From Desulfuromonadales bacterium (GTDB taxonomy: Bacteria > Desulfobacterota > Desulfuromonadia > Desulfuromonadales > JAAXQG01): DNA of 64,000 nucleotides. The notes under the pieces were generated by a model that searched no databases, was not told where the DNA came from, and saw only the letters and a program-made list of their open reading frames with translations. Positions within the stretch are counted from its first letter, which is position 1; each line of letters begins with the position of its first letter. The DNA lies in assembly GCA_012974445.1 (NCBI GenBank), contig JAAXQG010000005.1, positions 4,247 to 68,246 of the forward strand, read 5' to 3'. Both the position numbers and the translations under genes were made by a program. Shown here piece after piece: positions 10,534 to 21,668 of the stretch.

Positions 10534-12246
10534 TTACCGAAGATAAGCTTCGGTGACATATCGGCGCATCATGACATGGGTATTGAAGTAATACGCATTT
10601 TTTCCGATGGCGCCCTTCATGATGGAAATCCACTTTTTGCGGTCACCGTAATAGGTCGGGATAATGACATCTTCGAGCTTCTGGTACAGATCACGAACGT
10701 CTTCTTCGGAATTTATCTCCACCAGCGTCGACTCGGTGGGAGCAGGTCCAATGGACCATCCCGTTACATTCTCGATATGCCCCTCGATCCACCAGCCATC
10801 CAGGACACTGAAATTGGGAACTCCGTTGAAAGCAGCCTTCATTCCACTGGTCCCCGAAGCCTCCCTGGGACGCATGGGGTTATTGAGCCAGATATCGACA
10901 CCGGGAATCAGCTTGTAAGCCAGTTCCATATCGTAATTCTGAAGATAGATCACCTTGATACGGCCACCGAGTTCGACAACCCGTTCGTGAATTTTCTGAA
11001 TGAGTTCCTTGCCCGGCTCGTCCTTGGGGTGTGATTTGCCGGCAAATACGAACTGGAGTTTTCCTTCACCAATTTTCAGAAGTCTCTCGATATCGGTAAA
11101 GATCATGTCCCCACGTTTGTACGTGGCGCTGCGACGGGCAAATCCAACGGTGAGTACGTCGGGATCAAATCTCTGCCCCGTAGTCTCTTCGATGTACTGG
11201 AAGAGCAGGGCCTTGGCCCCGCAATGGGCGTCCCAAAGCTCTTCATCGGGGATGTTGTCGACACGCACCAGAAGCTCGGGCTCATGGGCCCAGCCCGGAA
11301 TATATCGATCATAGAGTGCGACCATGTAGGGAGAGGTCCAGGTGAAGGGATGGACCCCATTGGTTATTGCATGAATTTCAAACCCGGGGAATAGAGCCTG
11401 GGAGATCTCACCATGTTTCTTGGCCACCCCATTGACATAATGGCTGAGGTTCAGCGCCAGCATGGTCATATTGAGCATGTCATCACCGCCGAGTTTTTTA
11501 ATAATCTCGATGGGTACCAGAGATGGTCCTATTTTTTCAATCATCTCATAGGGGAAACGATCGTGCCCGGCCTCTACGGGGGTGTGGGTCGTAAAAACGC
11601 AGCGTTTACTCACCGATTTCAGATCCCAGGCGTTAGGATCGTCCAGGTGTTTCGCTTCGGGATTACGATTATGGCTAAGCAGCTCCAGGGTCAGAAAACT
11701 GGCATGCCCTTCATTCATGTGGTACTTGCGGATATCGAAGCCCAGAGTACTCAGGATTCTGGCACCACCGATGCCCAGGATGATTTCCTGCTTGAGGCGA
11801 TATTCCAGATCACCACCATAGAGATGATCGGTCAGTCTTCGATCGCTATCGAGGTTTCCTGGGATGTCCGTATCCAGAAAAAGTACCGGCACGACTCCAC
11901 CGGCAGGACTCTTGACCCTGTAGAGCCAGGCCTGGATCTTGACGTCGCGATCTTCGATGGTCACCAGAGTTTTTATGGGCAGGCGCTCCATAAAGGATTC
12001 GGGGTTCCAAGACACCGCATGTTCACGCTGAGCTCCCTCCGCGGTGAGCTCCTGCCGGAAAAAACCCTTACGATGCAGCAGAGTAACGGCAACCATCGGG
12101 ACCTTAAGGTCGGCAGTACTCTTGATCGTGTCACCAGCGAGCACACCTAAACCGCCGCTGTAGGTCGGGATGTCGGAACTCAGCCCTATCTCCATGGAGA
12201 AATAGGCGATACGTGAATCCCGGGTAAAAAGTCTCCAGTCTTTCAT
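10534..12246 (-). CDS. glgP: alpha-glucan (glycogen/maltodextrin) phosphorylase, short GT35 type
   Basis: The N-terminus is IAYFSMEIGL...YSGGLGVLAGD and the PLP-lysine region is EASGTSGMKAAFNG. Length is 570 aa. Confidence 0.9.
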   Translation of the reverse strand: MKDWRLFTRDSRIAYFSMEIGLSSDIPTYSGGLGVLAGDTIKSTADLKVPMVAVTLLHRKGFFRQELTAEGAQREHAVSWNPESFMERLPIKTLVTIEDRDVKIQAWLYRVKSPAGGVVPVLFLDTDIPGNLDSDRRLTDHLYGGDLEYRLKQEIILGIGGARILSTLGFDIRKYHMNEGHASFLTLELLSHNRNPEAKHLDDPNAWDLKSVSKRCVFTTHTPVEAGHDRFPYEMIEKIGPSLVPIEIIKKLGGDDMLNMTMLALNLSHYVNGVAKKHGEISQALFPGFEIHAITNGVHPFTWTSPYMVALYDRYIPGWAHEPELLVRVDNIPDEELWDAHCGAKALLFQYIEETTGQRFDPDVLTVGFARRSATYKRGDMIFTDIERLLKIGEGKLQFVFAGKSHPKDEPGKELIQKIHERVVELGGRIKVIYLQNYDMELAYKLIPGVDIWLNNPMRPREASGTSGMKAAFNGVPNFSVLDGWWIEGHIENVTGWSIGPAPTESTLVEINSEEDVRDLYQKLEDVIIPTYYGDRKKWISIMKGAIGKNAYYFNTHVMMRRYVTEAYLR

Positions 12247-12498
12247 TGGCTTGTCTCCTATGGGGTAAGACGAAAAAACTCGAAAATATCCATCAACCTC
12301 AGAATAATATTGAGAAGTTCGAGATTATAGTTAAACTGCCTGAAAAATTAAAGGTTATTATACCAGAGAAGGCAAAGATGTCTCTCCGAAGACAACCTTT
12401 GATTAAAGCTGTTGTTGAGAGGGGTAAAAAGCTTGTGCTACACTGAATTTTCCAACTTTGACTTCACGTTGACACTCCTGATTTAAGAAAGGTTTTTT

Positions 12499-13287
12499 AT
12501 GATTAAGCCAGCATTACTAGCACTTTCTCTGTTGTTTTTTTCCGCGCCAGTTCATGCCATGACCACCGATGGGTGCGGCGCTGGCAGCTGCAACGACTGT
12601 CACTTCCTTGAAAAGGAGGAAGCCGGTGAACTTCTGAAGGATTTGGTTGACAAGGTCAACGGAGTCGAATTTGCCGAAGTGCCGGGACTCTGGATGGTCG
12701 AGGCAGAAAAAAACAGGGTCAAGATCCCCGTTTATCTCGATTTTTCCAAGTCATTTGTCATTGCCGGAGATATCATCCGTCTGGGCGATCGCACAAATAT
12801 CACTCGCCAGCAATATCGCAATCTCAATCCTGTTGACCTCGGCAGCATACCTCTGGATGATGCCCTGCTTCTCGGCTCAGCCGATGCCCCCCTTAAGACC
12901 ATTGTTTTTACTGACCCAGAGTGCCCCTATTGCAAAAATCTGCATCATGAGCTCAAGGATGTCGTGCGCAAACGCCCCGATATGGCCTTTTATATAAAGC
13001 TCTTCCCGCTGCCCATGCACCCCAACGCCTACCAGATATCCAAGACCATCGTCTGCGAAAAATCCATGGATTTCCTGGAAGACAGTTTTAATAAAAAAGC
13101 GATTCCGGCACCAACCTGTGACACCAGTGCGATTGACGAGAATATCGCTCTTGCCAAAAGACTGGGAATCGGCTCGACCCCGACCATGATCCTACCAGAT
13201 GGCCGCATTGCTCCCGGGATGAAGAAGTCAAAGGACCTGATCCCCCTGATCGAGTCAGCCGCGCCCAAGCAGCCTACATCCAATTGA
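12499..13287 (+). CDS. periplasmic thiol:disulfide interchange protein, DsbC/DsbG-like, with N-terminal CXXCH
   Basis: The signal peptide ends in VHA. The thioredoxin-fold active site is CPYC, with a DsbC-like C-terminal GSTPTMILPDG. The extra sequence GCGAGSCNDCH lies near the mature N-terminus. Confidence 0.8.
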   Translation: MIKPALLALSLLFFSAPVHAMTTDGCGAGSCNDCHFLEKEEAGELLKDLVDKVNGVEFAEVPGLWMVEAEKNRVKIPVYLDFSKSFVIAGDIIRLGDRTNITRQQYRNLNPVDLGSIPLDDALLLGSADAPLKTIVFTDPECPYCKNLHHELKDVVRKRPDMAFYIKLFPLPMHPNAYQISKTIVCEKSMDFLEDSFNKKAIPAPTCDTSAIDENIALAKRLGIGSTPTMILPDGRIAPGMKKSKDLIPLIESAAPKQPTSN

Positions 13288-13333
13288 TGGTCCCACAAAT
13301 CTCTCATTGTTTGAATGAAAGCCCAGAAACCCT

Positions 13334-13834
13334 ATGAGCGTTACTGATTCATCAAAAAGTATCTGGAAAGGGATGTTTAGCGGAATTTTTTTAGCCCATC
13401 TCATCCTGATACTCCATGGGCTATTGCTGCTCGGGCTTACATTTCTAGTGCTTTTTTTTCGAGGCATACTTTCATACATGCCCTGGATTTTTGCACTGGG
13501 CACTCTTTTCATCCTAGCCTCCGGCGCATACCTCTTCTGGCGCATCCGGAAAAGCCAGAGAAACCTGCGGGACATTCTTTCCGACCCTTCGCTGCAGGGG
13601 AGGGCTCTGGAGATCAGCTTCCTGGGAGGACTCGCTTCGCTTCGGCTTGGAAACTCCACCGGGTCTGACAGCAGCCTTCTGATGGATCACAGGCCTCATC
13701 TCATGCTTGAGAACTCACCCGAGCAGAATCTGTCGCGACTGGAAACGCTGGCGGTTATGTACCGAGACGGTCTGCTGAGCCGAGAGGAATTTGAGCAGAT
13801 GAAAACCGAACTGCTGGATAAGGATAAATCCTGA
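13334..13834 (+). CDS. membrane protein with C-terminal SHOCT-like domain
   Basis: Two or three hydrophobic helices are followed by LETLAVMYRDGLLSREEFEQMKTELL, a SHOCT-type short C-terminal motif. The stop overlaps the mltB start (TGATG). Confidence 0.6.
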   Translation: MSVTDSSKSIWKGMFSGIFLAHLILILHGLLLLGLTFLVLFFRGILSYMPWIFALGTLFILASGAYLFWRIRKSQRNLRDILSDPSLQGRALEISFLGGLASLRLGNSTGSDSSLLMDHRPHLMLENSPEQNLSRLETLAVMYRDGLLSREEFEQMKTELLDKDKS

Positions 13835-14799
13835 TGTTATTCCTTCGTGCCCTGTTCCTCCTGGCGATCCTTTCTGTTCCGGCTGCAGCTTCTGCCAACT
13901 TTGAACAATGGGTCTCCGATTTCAAGCAAAGAGCCCTTGCGCAGGGGATACCCCAGGGTTTACTCGATGACACCCTTGACGGTCTCCCTGAGCTCCCACG
14001 GGTGATCGAGCTCGATCGCAGGCAACCTGGGCAGGTGATGAGTTTTGTTAAGTATCGTCAAAACATCGCGCCATCTTCCCGAATTAATAAAGCCAAAGAC
14101 AGGTACAGTCAGAATCGAAGCATTCTGGAACAAGTCTCCAATCGTTATTCCGTTGATCCTGGAGTTATCGTAGCTCTCTGGGGGGTCGAATCTGATTTCG
14201 GCCGGAACCCAGGCACTTTCCCCATCATCAGCGCCCTTGCGACCCTGGCCTACGAGGGGCGTCGGGGTGAGTTCTTTGAGAAGGAGCTGCTGGCGGCGCT
14301 GCAGATTGTTGCTGAAGGTCATATTGATCATCAGTCGCTCCAGGGGTCCTGGGCCGGAGCCATGGGGCAGGTACAGTTCATGCCTTCAACCTTTCTTCAT
14401 TATGCCGAGGACTTTGATCAGGATGGACGCAAGGACATCTGGAACAATATCGATGACGCTCTTGCCTCGGCAGCTAACTATCTTTCCCGTTCCGGCTGGA
14501 AACAAGGCCAGAGCTGGGGGGGGCAAGCTCAACTCCCCGAGTCCATCGATGAAAACTTGATCGGCCTGGACCATTTGCTTTCGCTCAAAGAGTGGCGAAA
14601 CAGGGGGGTAAAACTCATGGAGGGGGGAGATGCTCTGGAGGATGCACAGGAGGCCTCTCTTATTCTTCCTGATGGCCCTTCGGGCCCCGCGTTTCTCGTC
14701 TTTGAAAACTACAGGGTACTGCGCCGATGGAATCGATCCACCTCCTTTGCGCTAACAGTGGGTTACCTCGCTGACCAGATTGTAATCAGTACAAGGTAA
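13834..14799 (+). CDS. mltB: lytic murein transglycosylase B family
   Basis: It has a signal peptide, the catalytic-Glu motif LWGVESDFG, and AGAMGQVQFMPSTF. Confidence 0.88.
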   Translation: MLFLRALFLLAILSVPAAASANFEQWVSDFKQRALAQGIPQGLLDDTLDGLPELPRVIELDRRQPGQVMSFVKYRQNIAPSSRINKAKDRYSQNRSILEQVSNRYSVDPGVIVALWGVESDFGRNPGTFPIISALATLAYEGRRGEFFEKELLAALQIVAEGHIDHQSLQGSWAGAMGQVQFMPSTFLHYAEDFDQDGRKDIWNNIDDALASAANYLSRSGWKQGQSWGGQAQLPESIDENLIGLDHLLSLKEWRNRGVKLMEGGDALEDAQEASLILPDGPSGPAFLVFENYRVLRRWNRSTSFALTVGYLADQIVISTR

Positions 14800-14853
14800 C
14801 GCCCGGGTGTGAAAACAACGACTTTTGTGGTCCTTTTGATGCCGGGAATTAGC

Positions 14854-14882
14854 TTTACAAAAACAGGCTCTTTCTATATCTT
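14854..14882 (+). promoter_or_regulatory. possible sigma-70 promoter for lepA-lepB
   Basis: The pattern is TTTACA-N17-TATCTT, about 45 nt upstream of the lepA ATG. This is a pattern match only. Confidence 0.3.
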
Positions 14883-14928
14883 TTCAGACTTTTCATTCTT
14901 TTTTAAATAGCAGGAAAATCAAAACTTT

Positions 14929-16728
14929 ATGGACCTGAACCAGATAAGAAACTTTTCAATTATTGCTCACATTGACCACGGCAAGTCGACTCTGGCTGAC
15001 CGTCTTCTTGAGTTTACCGGCACTCTGGGCGCTCGGGAAAAAACCAACCAGTTTCTTGACAAGCTAGAGCTGGAGCGTGAGCGCGGCATCACCATCAAGG
15101 CTCAGGCCGTGCGTCTGCTCTACAAGGCCCGGGACGGCAAGGAATACACCCTTAATCTCATCGACACTCCCGGCCATGTTGACTTCTCCTACGAGGTGAG
15201 TCGGTCCCTTTCGGCCTGCGAGGGGGGACTGCTGGTGGTAGATGCCACCCAGGGGGTCGAAGCCCAGACTTTGGCCAACGTCTATCTCGCCCTTGATCAG
15301 AACCTGGAAGTCTTCCCCGTCCTGAACAAGATCGACCTGCCCAGCGCCGACCCCCTGAGCGTCAAGGCTGAAATCGAGGAGATCATCGGCCTTGACACCT
15401 CGGATGCGGTAGAGGCCAGCGCCAAAGAGGGCATCGGCATTGAGGACATCCTCGAAGCCATCGTCGCCAAGGTTCCCGCTCCCAAGGGTGATGTCACCGG
15501 ACCTCTTCAGGCCCTCATCTTCGACTCCTGGTACGACTCGTATCAAGGGGTTATCGTCCTGATCCGGGTGATGGAAGGCAGCATTAAAAAAGGGGACAAA
15601 ATCCAGTTCATGGCCAACCGCAAGAGCTACGAAGTTCTTAAGGTCGGAGTATTTTCTCCTCATCCCTTCGAGGTCCCCAGCCTTTCGGCTGGCGAGGTCG
15701 GCTTTGTCATCGCCGGCATCAAGGTTCTTCACGACGCCAAGGTGGGTGACACCATCACCCACTTTCACAAGCCTGCTTCGACTCCCTTGGCGGGATTTAA
15801 AGAAGTTAAACCCATGGTCTTCTCCGGTCTCTACCCCATTGATACCGGAGATTACGATGCCCTCAAGGACGCACTGGAAAAACTCTCTCTCAACGATGCA
15901 GCCATCACCTATGAGCCTGAAAACTCCATGGCTCTGGGCTTCGGCTATCGCTGCGGCTTTCTCGGGCTGCTTCATATGGAGATTATTCAGGAGCGCCTGG
16001 AGCGCGAGTACAATGTTGACCTGATCACGACAGCTCCCACCGTTGTTTATCGGGTCACTACCGTAGCCAATGAGACTTTCAATGTCGAAAGCGCCAACAA
16101 TCTCCCCGAGGTTCAGCACATCGACAAGATAGAAGAACCTTTTATCCTGGCAAACATCCATGTTCCCAACGAATTCGTCGGCAACGTACTTACGCTCTGC
16201 GAAGAAAAGAGGGGAGTACAGAGGGAGATCAAGTACCTGACCTCAACCCGGGTCATGGTTGTCTATGAACTGCCGCTCAACGAGGTTGTCATGGATTTTT
16301 ACGATCGCCTCAAGACCCTGACTAAAGGATACGCTTCGCTGGACTATGAAGCCCTGGATTATCGGCTCAGCAATCTCGTACGTCTCAATATTATGATCAA
16401 TGGCGAGCTAGTGGATGCTCTCTCGCTCATCGTTCACAGGGATAAGGCCCAGTTCAAGGGTCGGGAGCTGGTTTCCCGCATGAAAGAATTCATCTCTCGG
16501 CAGCAGTTTGAAGTTGCCATTCAGGCAGCTATCGGTGGCAAGGTTATCGCGCGCGAAACCGTCAAAGCTCTTCGCAAGGATGTAACGGCCAAGTGTTACG
16601 GAGGCGATATCAGCCGCAAGCGCAAACTGCTCGAAAAGCAGAAAGCGGGCAAAAAGCGGATGAAGCAGATCGGTAACATTGAACTTCCCCAGGAGGCCTT
16701 CCTGGCCATCCTCAAGGTAAAAGAGTAA
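14929..16728 (+). CDS. lepA: translation elongation factor 4
   Basis: The G-domain starts [18 protein letters not shown] and includes DTPGHVDF. The 599-aa protein has the LepA C-terminal domain. Confidence 0.97.
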   Translation: MDLNQIRNFSIIAHIDHGKSTLADRLLEFTGTLGAREKTNQFLDKLELERERGITIKAQAVRLLYKARDGKEYTLNLIDTPGHVDFSYEVSRSLSACEGGLLVVDATQGVEAQTLANVYLALDQNLEVFPVLNKIDLPSADPLSVKAEIEEIIGLDTSDAVEASAKEGIGIEDILEAIVAKVPAPKGDVTGPLQALIFDSWYDSYQGVIVLIRVMEGSIKKGDKIQFMANRKSYEVLKVGVFSPHPFEVPSLSAGEVGFVIAGIKVLHDAKVGDTITHFHKPASTPLAGFKEVKPMVFSGLYPIDTGDYDALKDALEKLSLNDAAITYEPENSMALGFGYRCGFLGLLHMEIIQERLEREYNVDLITTAPTVVYRVTTVANETFNVESANNLPEVQHIDKIEEPFILANIHVPNEFVGNVLTLCEEKRGVQREIKYLTSTRVMVVYELPLNEVVMDFYDRLKTLTKGYASLDYEALDYRLSNLVRLNIMINGELVDALSLIVHRDKAQFKGRELVSRMKEFISRQQFEVAIQAAIGGKVIARETVKALRKDVTAKCYGGDISRKRKLLEKQKAGKKRMKQIGNIELPQEAFLAILKVKE

Positions 16729-16731
16729 ATA

Positions 16732-17397
16732 ATGAGATCATTGTTCAGCAGAAAAAAGCCGGATCTGGCCGGAGTAAAGAAAAACCGCTTCCGGGAATAT
16801 TCTGAGGCATTGATTGTCGCCCTGGTTCTTGCGCTGGTGATCCGGTCTTTCATCGTTCAGGCGTTCAAGATCCCCTCAGGCTCCATGGAGGATACGCTGC
16901 TGATCGGTGATCACCTGCTGGTCAATAAATTTGTCTATGGCCTCAAGATTCCTTTTACGGATTCCAGGCTGCTCAGTATCCGGGATCCCAAGGCGGGTGA
17001 TGTGGTGGTCTTCGAGTTTCCTGAAGATGAGGACAAATCCTATTTTCAGCGCCGGGATTTCATCAAGAGAATTATCGCCACCCCCGGCGACCGCGTAGAG
17101 GTTCGTGCACAGAAGGTCTATGTAAACGGTCAACCCTTCGTGACCTCTCACGAGATCCACAAAGGGCAGGGGGTTTCTCCCCCTTCGGGTGGCCCCAGAG
17201 ATTACATGGAGCCAAGGGTCGTACCTGAAAACTCTTATTTTGTCATGGGCGATAACAGGGATTTCTCCTACGACAGCCGCTTCTGGGGGTTCGTTGACAA
17301 ATCAAAAATCAAGGGACTGGCTTTCATAAAGTACTGGTCCTGGAACAGGCTGGAGACCTCGGTTCGCTGGAGCCGTATCGGCCGCTGGATCGACTGA
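16732..17397 (+). CDS. lepB: signal peptidase I
   Basis: It has the catalytic Ser box PSGSMEDTL, plus GDNRDFSYDSRFWG. It sits directly downstream of lepA. Confidence 0.93.
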   Translation: MRSLFSRKKPDLAGVKKNRFREYSEALIVALVLALVIRSFIVQAFKIPSGSMEDTLLIGDHLLVNKFVYGLKIPFTDSRLLSIRDPKAGDVVVFEFPEDEDKSYFQRRDFIKRIIATPGDRVEVRAQKVYVNGQPFVTSHEIHKGQGVSPPSGGPRDYMEPRVVPENSYFVMGDNRDFSYDSRFWGFVDKSKIKGLAFIKYWSWNRLETSVRWSRIGRWID

Positions 17398-17408
17398 AAA
17401 TCTGTATG

Positions 17409-17437
17409 TTGACAGGGCTGCATCAGCCTGTTATATT
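17409..17437 (+). promoter_or_regulatory. sigma-70 promoter of the pyr operon
   Basis: TTGACA (17409-17414), a 17-nt spacer and TATATT (17432-17437) give a near-consensus promoter. It lies about 195 nt upstream of pyrR. Confidence 0.6.
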
Positions 17438-17480
17438 CCCGAAAATTTTTTACGATCATTTCTATTTCTTACTCTTTTAA

Positions 17481-17500
17481 GTCGATCCTGAGAGGTCGAC
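17481..17500 (+). promoter_or_regulatory. PyrR-binding hairpin (pyr attenuator binding loop)
   Basis: The stem-loop is GTCGA-UCCUGAGAGG-UCGAC. Its loop closely resembles the PyrR binding consensus UCCAGAGAGG, and it lies in the leader of pyrR itself. Confidence 0.6.
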
Positions 17501-17544
17501 AAAGGTAGGGAACCATTGAAGAATCACTCCCAAAATATTATTGA

Positions 17545-17592
17545 GGCATCGGTCCGCCACGTTCAGTTGGTAAGGCCGGTGCCTTTTTTATT
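17545..17592 (+). terminator. leader intrinsic terminator (attenuator) upstream of pyrR
   Basis: An imperfect GC-rich hairpin, GGCATCGGTCC...GGCCGGTGCC, is followed by TTTTTTATTTATT. It lies 40 nt before the pyrR start. Confidence 0.6.
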
Positions 17593-17631
17593 TATTCTGT
17601 CGCAATCAATCACAGCGGAAAAGGTCAACTC

Positions 17632-18174
17632 ATGAGCGATGAAAGTACGACCCTGCTGGACGCTACGGGGGTCGGCCGGGCCCTGACTCGTATCTCACAC
17701 GAGATCCTTGAGAAAAACAAGGGGACGCAAGATCTGGTACTGGTCGGCATTCGCACCGGTGGAGATCATCTATCCCGGGATATCTTCAACCGAATCCGTG
17801 ATTTCGAGGGAGTAGAACTTCCTGTCGGAGCCATCGATATCACCATGTATCGCGATGATCTGGGTATTCGCAGCGCCCCGCAGATGCACAGCACCGAGAT
17901 CCCGTTTTCTCTCGATGGCAAAAATGTCATTCTTGTGGACGATGTGCTCTATACCGGGCGGACCATTCGTGCAGCTCTTGATGCTCTGATGGATCTGGGT
18001 CGTCCCCGTTCCATTCAACTTGCAGTATTGATTGATCGAGGGCACCGTGAGCTGCCCATTCGCGCCGATTATGTCGGGCGCAACGTCCCGACCTCGATCA
18101 GTGAAAACGTTGAGGTCGAATTCGACTCCGATGGTACAGCTCTTCAGATTCGGCTGATCAAGCCCCGCTCTTAG
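17632..18174 (+). CDS. pyrR: bifunctional pyr operon regulator / uracil phosphoribosyltransferase
   Basis: It has the PRPP-binding motif [17 protein letters not shown]. The 180-aa protein is the first gene of the pyr cluster. Confidence 0.95.
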   Translation: MSDESTTLLDATGVGRALTRISHEILEKNKGTQDLVLVGIRTGGDHLSRDIFNRIRDFEGVELPVGAIDITMYRDDLGIRSAPQMHSTEIPFSLDGKNVILVDDVLYTGRTIRAALDALMDLGRPRSIQLAVLIDRGHRELPIRADYVGRNVPTSISENVEVEFDSDGTALQIRLIKPRS

Positions 18175-18184
18175 GAGGTTTTTC

Positions 18185-19156
18185 GTGGACTTTACGCAGA
18201 AACATATTCTCGGCATCGATCATCTGAGCGTGGCCGAAATTGACTTGATTCTGAACACAGCGGCAAATTTCAAGGAAATCAACAACCGGGATATCAAAAA
18301 AGTTCCGACCTTGCGGGGCAAGACCATCATTAATCTTTTTTTTGAGGCCAGCACCCGGACCCGCACCTCCTTTGAAATCGCCGGGAAACGCCTGTCGGCG
18401 GACACGATCAACATCAGCGCCTCGGCCTCTTCTGTCGTCAAGGGGGAGACCCTTGAAGATACGGCCATGAATCTCGAAGCCATGCATCCGGATATCATCG
18501 TAATGCGCCACAGTGCTTCGGGAGCGCCTCATTATCTGGCCAAACGCCTTCCTCGCTCCAGCATTATTAATGCCGGAGATGGAACCCATGAGCACCCCAG
18601 CCAGGCCCTGCTCGACATGATGACCATTCGCGAACACAAGGGGCGACTCGACGGACTGAAGGTCGCGATTGTCGGTGACATTACTCACAGTCGGGTCGTA
18701 CGCTCCAATCTCATCGGCCTGACCCGCATGGGGGCCGATGTTCGGGTTGCCGGACCAGGGACCATGATTCCCCCGGGAATAGAGCGCCTCGGAGCGACGG
18801 TTTGCAGATCTCTCAATGAGGCCCTGGAAGGGGCCGATGTGGTGATGATGCTTCGCATCCAGCTTGAACGTCAGGGGAAGAGTCTGCTGCCGACCCTTCG
18901 TGAATACAGCCGGTTCTTCGGTCTCAACCCTTCAAACCTTGCACTGGCTAAGCCCGATGCCCTGGTGATGCACCCCGGTCCCATGAATCGCGGGGTGGAA
19001 ATTTCGACCTCTGTTGCCGACGGCCCCCAGAGCGTCATCCTCGATCAGGTGGAAAACGGTGTTGCCGTGCGCATGGCACTGCTCTATCTCGTAGGCGGGG
19101 CAAACAACGATGAGTCAACAATTCAATCTTCCCAGTCCAAGGGGGTGACAGCATGA
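18185..19156 (+). CDS. pyrB: aspartate carbamoyltransferase catalytic subunit
   Basis: It has the carbamoyl-phosphate site [11 protein letters not shown], plus [10 protein letters not shown] and HPGP. The start is GTG. Confidence 0.95.
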   Translation: MDFTQKHILGIDHLSVAEIDLILNTAANFKEINNRDIKKVPTLRGKTIINLFFEASTRTRTSFEIAGKRLSADTINISASASSVVKGETLEDTAMNLEAMHPDIIVMRHSASGAPHYLAKRLPRSSIINAGDGTHEHPSQALLDMMTIREHKGRLDGLKVAIVGDITHSRVVRSNLIGLTRMGADVRVAGPGTMIPPGIERLGATVCRSLNEALEGADVVMMLRIQLERQGKSLLPTLREYSRFFGLNPSNLALAKPDALVMHPGPMNRGVEISTSVADGPQSVILDQVENGVAVRMALLYLVGGANNDESTIQSSQSKGVTA

Positions 19157-20424
19157 AAATTCTGATTCAGGGGGGGCGGGTTCTCGACCCGGCCAATGGT
19201 ATCGACCAGGTTCAGGATGTATTGATCAACGATGGCCTGATCGAGGCGGTCGGGACCCATCTGAAAGCCGAGGGTGCTCAGATATATGACGCCGCCGGCC
19301 AGATCGTTGCGCCGGGGTTCGTGGATATTCATGTCCACCTGCGCGATCCCGGGTACGAATACAAGGAAGACATCGCCAGCGGCACCCGGGCAGCGGCCCG
19401 TGGAGGCTTTACTTCCGTGGCCTGTATGCCCAACTCCAACCCGATTAACGACAACAAGAGTGTCACCTGCTATATCCGTAAACGGGCTGCAGAGGCAGGG
19501 TTTGCCAACGTATTTCCCGTCGGCAGTATTACCAAGGGGCTCAAAGGTGACTGTCTCAGCGAGATGGGTGATCTCAAGGATGCCGGCTGTATCGGTTTTT
19601 CCGACGACGGTCATCCTGTCTCCAGCCCCGAGCTGATGCGCCGCGCCCTTGAGTACGCAAAAACCTTCGATGTTCCAATTATCACTCATGCCGAGGAGCT
19701 CGAACTTGTCGGCAATGGTGTTATGAACGAAGGGGATGTCTCCACACAGCTGGGGCTCCAGGGAATTCCCTGGGTTGCCGAAGACTCCGCTACTGCCCGG
19801 GATATCATGCTGGCCGAGTTTACCGGCGGGCGCCTTCATGTCGCTCATGTTTCAACGGCTGGCTCGGTGGAGCTCATTCGCCAGGCCAAGGCCCGGGGCG
19901 TTCGGGTAACGGCGGAGGCCGCGCCCCATCATTTCACTCTGACCGATGAAGCGGTTCGTGGCTACGACACCAATGCCAAGATGAACCCGCCGCTGCGTCT
20001 GCAATCGGATGTCGAGGCTGTCATTGCGGGGCTTGCCGACGGGGCCCTGGATGCCATCGCCACGGATCACGCCCCTCATCATATCGATGAGAAGAACGTC
20101 GAATTCGCCATTGCCCTCAACGGCATTGTCGGGCTTGAGACCTCCTTACCCCTGACCCTTCGCCTTGTGGAGCAGGGACGTCTTAGCCTGATGCGGGCCG
20201 TTGAGCTGCTCAGCGCCGGGCCCTGCAAGGCACTGGGAATTCCCCGCGGAACACTCAGCCCCGGACAGGTCGCCGATCTGGTCATTTTCGACCCAACCAT
20301 TGAATGGACCGTCACCGAAGAGCGGCTGGTCTCTAAGAGTAAAAATACCCCCTTCATGGGATGGACAATGAAGGGCGCTGCGCTTCGAACTTATCTCGCA
20401 GGCAATCTTGTGCTCCCGGCATAG
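19153..20424 (+). CDS. pyrC: dihydroorotase
   Basis: It has [10 protein letters not shown] and DHAPH. Length is 423 aa. A 4-nt ATGA overlap links it to pyrB. Confidence 0.93.
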   Translation: MKILIQGGRVLDPANGIDQVQDVLINDGLIEAVGTHLKAEGAQIYDAAGQIVAPGFVDIHVHLRDPGYEYKEDIASGTRAAARGGFTSVACMPNSNPINDNKSVTCYIRKRAAEAGFANVFPVGSITKGLKGDCLSEMGDLKDAGCIGFSDDGHPVSSPELMRRALEYAKTFDVPIITHAEELELVGNGVMNEGDVSTQLGLQGIPWVAEDSATARDIMLAEFTGGRLHVAHVSTAGSVELIRQAKARGVRVTAEAAPHHFTLTDEAVRGYDTNAKMNPPLRLQSDVEAVIAGLADGALDAIATDHAPHHIDEKNVEFAIALNGIVGLETSLPLTLRLVEQGRLSLMRAVELLSAGPCKALGIPRGTLSPGQVADLVIFDPTIEWTVTEERLVSKSKNTPFMGWTMKGAALRTYLAGNLVLPA

Positions 20425-20497
20425 ATTTAAGAAAAATAACTGCAGATCAATCTGTTAACAACTAATACATCAACAAGAGCTGAAGGGTTGTGCATTC

Positions 20498-21634
20498 ATG
20501 AAAAAAGCAATTCTTGCCCTGGCCGACGGCACCGTTTTTCACGGTAAGTCCTTCGGGGCAACTGGCGAAGTCACCGGAGAAGTCGTCTTCAACACAAGCA
20601 TGAGTGGATATCAGGAGATCCTCACTGACCCCTCCTACTGCGGTGAAATTGTCACCATGACCTATCCCCAGATCGGCAACACGGGAATCAATGCCGAGGA
20701 TGTCGAATCGGGCAAGCCTCATCTGAGCGCCTTTGTGGTTCGTGAGGCCTGGGATATGCCGAGCAACTGGCGCTCGGAGATGAGCCTCGGTTCCTACCTT
20801 GAGCAAAATAATATCATCGGACTCTGTGATATCGACACTCGCGCCCTGGTGCGCCATATCCGTACCCACGGGGCTCAGGTCGGTATCATCTCGACTCTTG
20901 ACGCCGACACCCAGAGCCTGGTGGAGAAGGCACGCAAGACCCCCGGGCTCAAGGGCCAGGACACTGTGCAGAAAGTGACCTGCTCCGAGCCTTACCACTG
21001 GACCGAGGGAGTCTGGAACCTGGAGACAGGTTATGAAAAAACGAATCCTGAGCAAGCTCGATTCAGGGTCGTAGCCTACGATTTCGGTATCAAGCGTAAC
21101 ATTCTGCGTCATCTGGCATCACTGGGGTGCCATGTGACTGTGGTTCCTGCCACCACAACGGCGCAGCAGGTTCTGGCCCTCAACCCCGATGGCGTATTTT
21201 TGAGCAACGGCCCCGGGGATCCCGAGCCCCTTCATTACGCTCAGGAAAATATCCGCAAGCTTTTGGGTAAAAAGCCCATTTTTGGCATCTGCCTAGGCCA
21301 TCAGCTTCTGGCCCTTGCCCTGGGTGGCAAGACCTACAAACTCAAGTTCGGCCACCGTGGAGGCAATCAGCCTGTTCGTCAGCTCTCTGGCCGGGTTGAA
21401 ATTACCTCCCAGAACCATGGTTTCGCCGTAGCCGCCGACTCCATGGAGGATTCGGCCCTTTTGACTCACATTAATCTCAACGACAATACCGTCGAGGGGC
21501 TGGAGCACAAGAGTCTTCCGGCATTTTCGGTCCAGTACCATCCCGAAGCCTCCCCGGGGCCCCATGATGCACGCTACCTCTTTGCTCGCTTTATCGAGCT
21601 GATGGAAAATTTCCGCGCATCGCAACAGGGTTGA
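20498..21634 (+). CDS. carA: carbamoyl-phosphate synthase small (glutaminase) subunit
   Basis: It has the catalytic Cys motif GICLGHQLL and a C-terminal HPE. Length is 378 aa. Confidence 0.96.
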   Translation: MKKAILALADGTVFHGKSFGATGEVTGEVVFNTSMSGYQEILTDPSYCGEIVTMTYPQIGNTGINAEDVESGKPHLSAFVVREAWDMPSNWRSEMSLGSYLEQNNIIGLCDIDTRALVRHIRTHGAQVGIISTLDADTQSLVEKARKTPGLKGQDTVQKVTCSEPYHWTEGVWNLETGYEKTNPEQARFRVVAYDFGIKRNILRHLASLGCHVTVVPATTTAQQVLALNPDGVFLSNGPGDPEPLHYAQENIRKLLGKKPIFGICLGHQLLALALGGKTYKLKFGHRGGNQPVRQLSGRVEITSQNHGFAVAADSMEDSALLTHINLNDNTVEGLEHKSLPAFSVQYHPEASPGPHDARYLFARFIELMENFRASQQG

Positions 21635-21668
21635 ACTGTTTCAAGAACTTATCTGCAAGAGGACTCTC

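Noticed and set aside
12246-12446. A 66-aa ORF in the AT-rich glgP / dsbC-like divergent intergenic region.
   Set aside because: It has a non-ATG start overlapping the glgP start codon and a Lys/Ile/Glu-rich composition that simply reflects AT-rich promoter DNA. I recognise no family.
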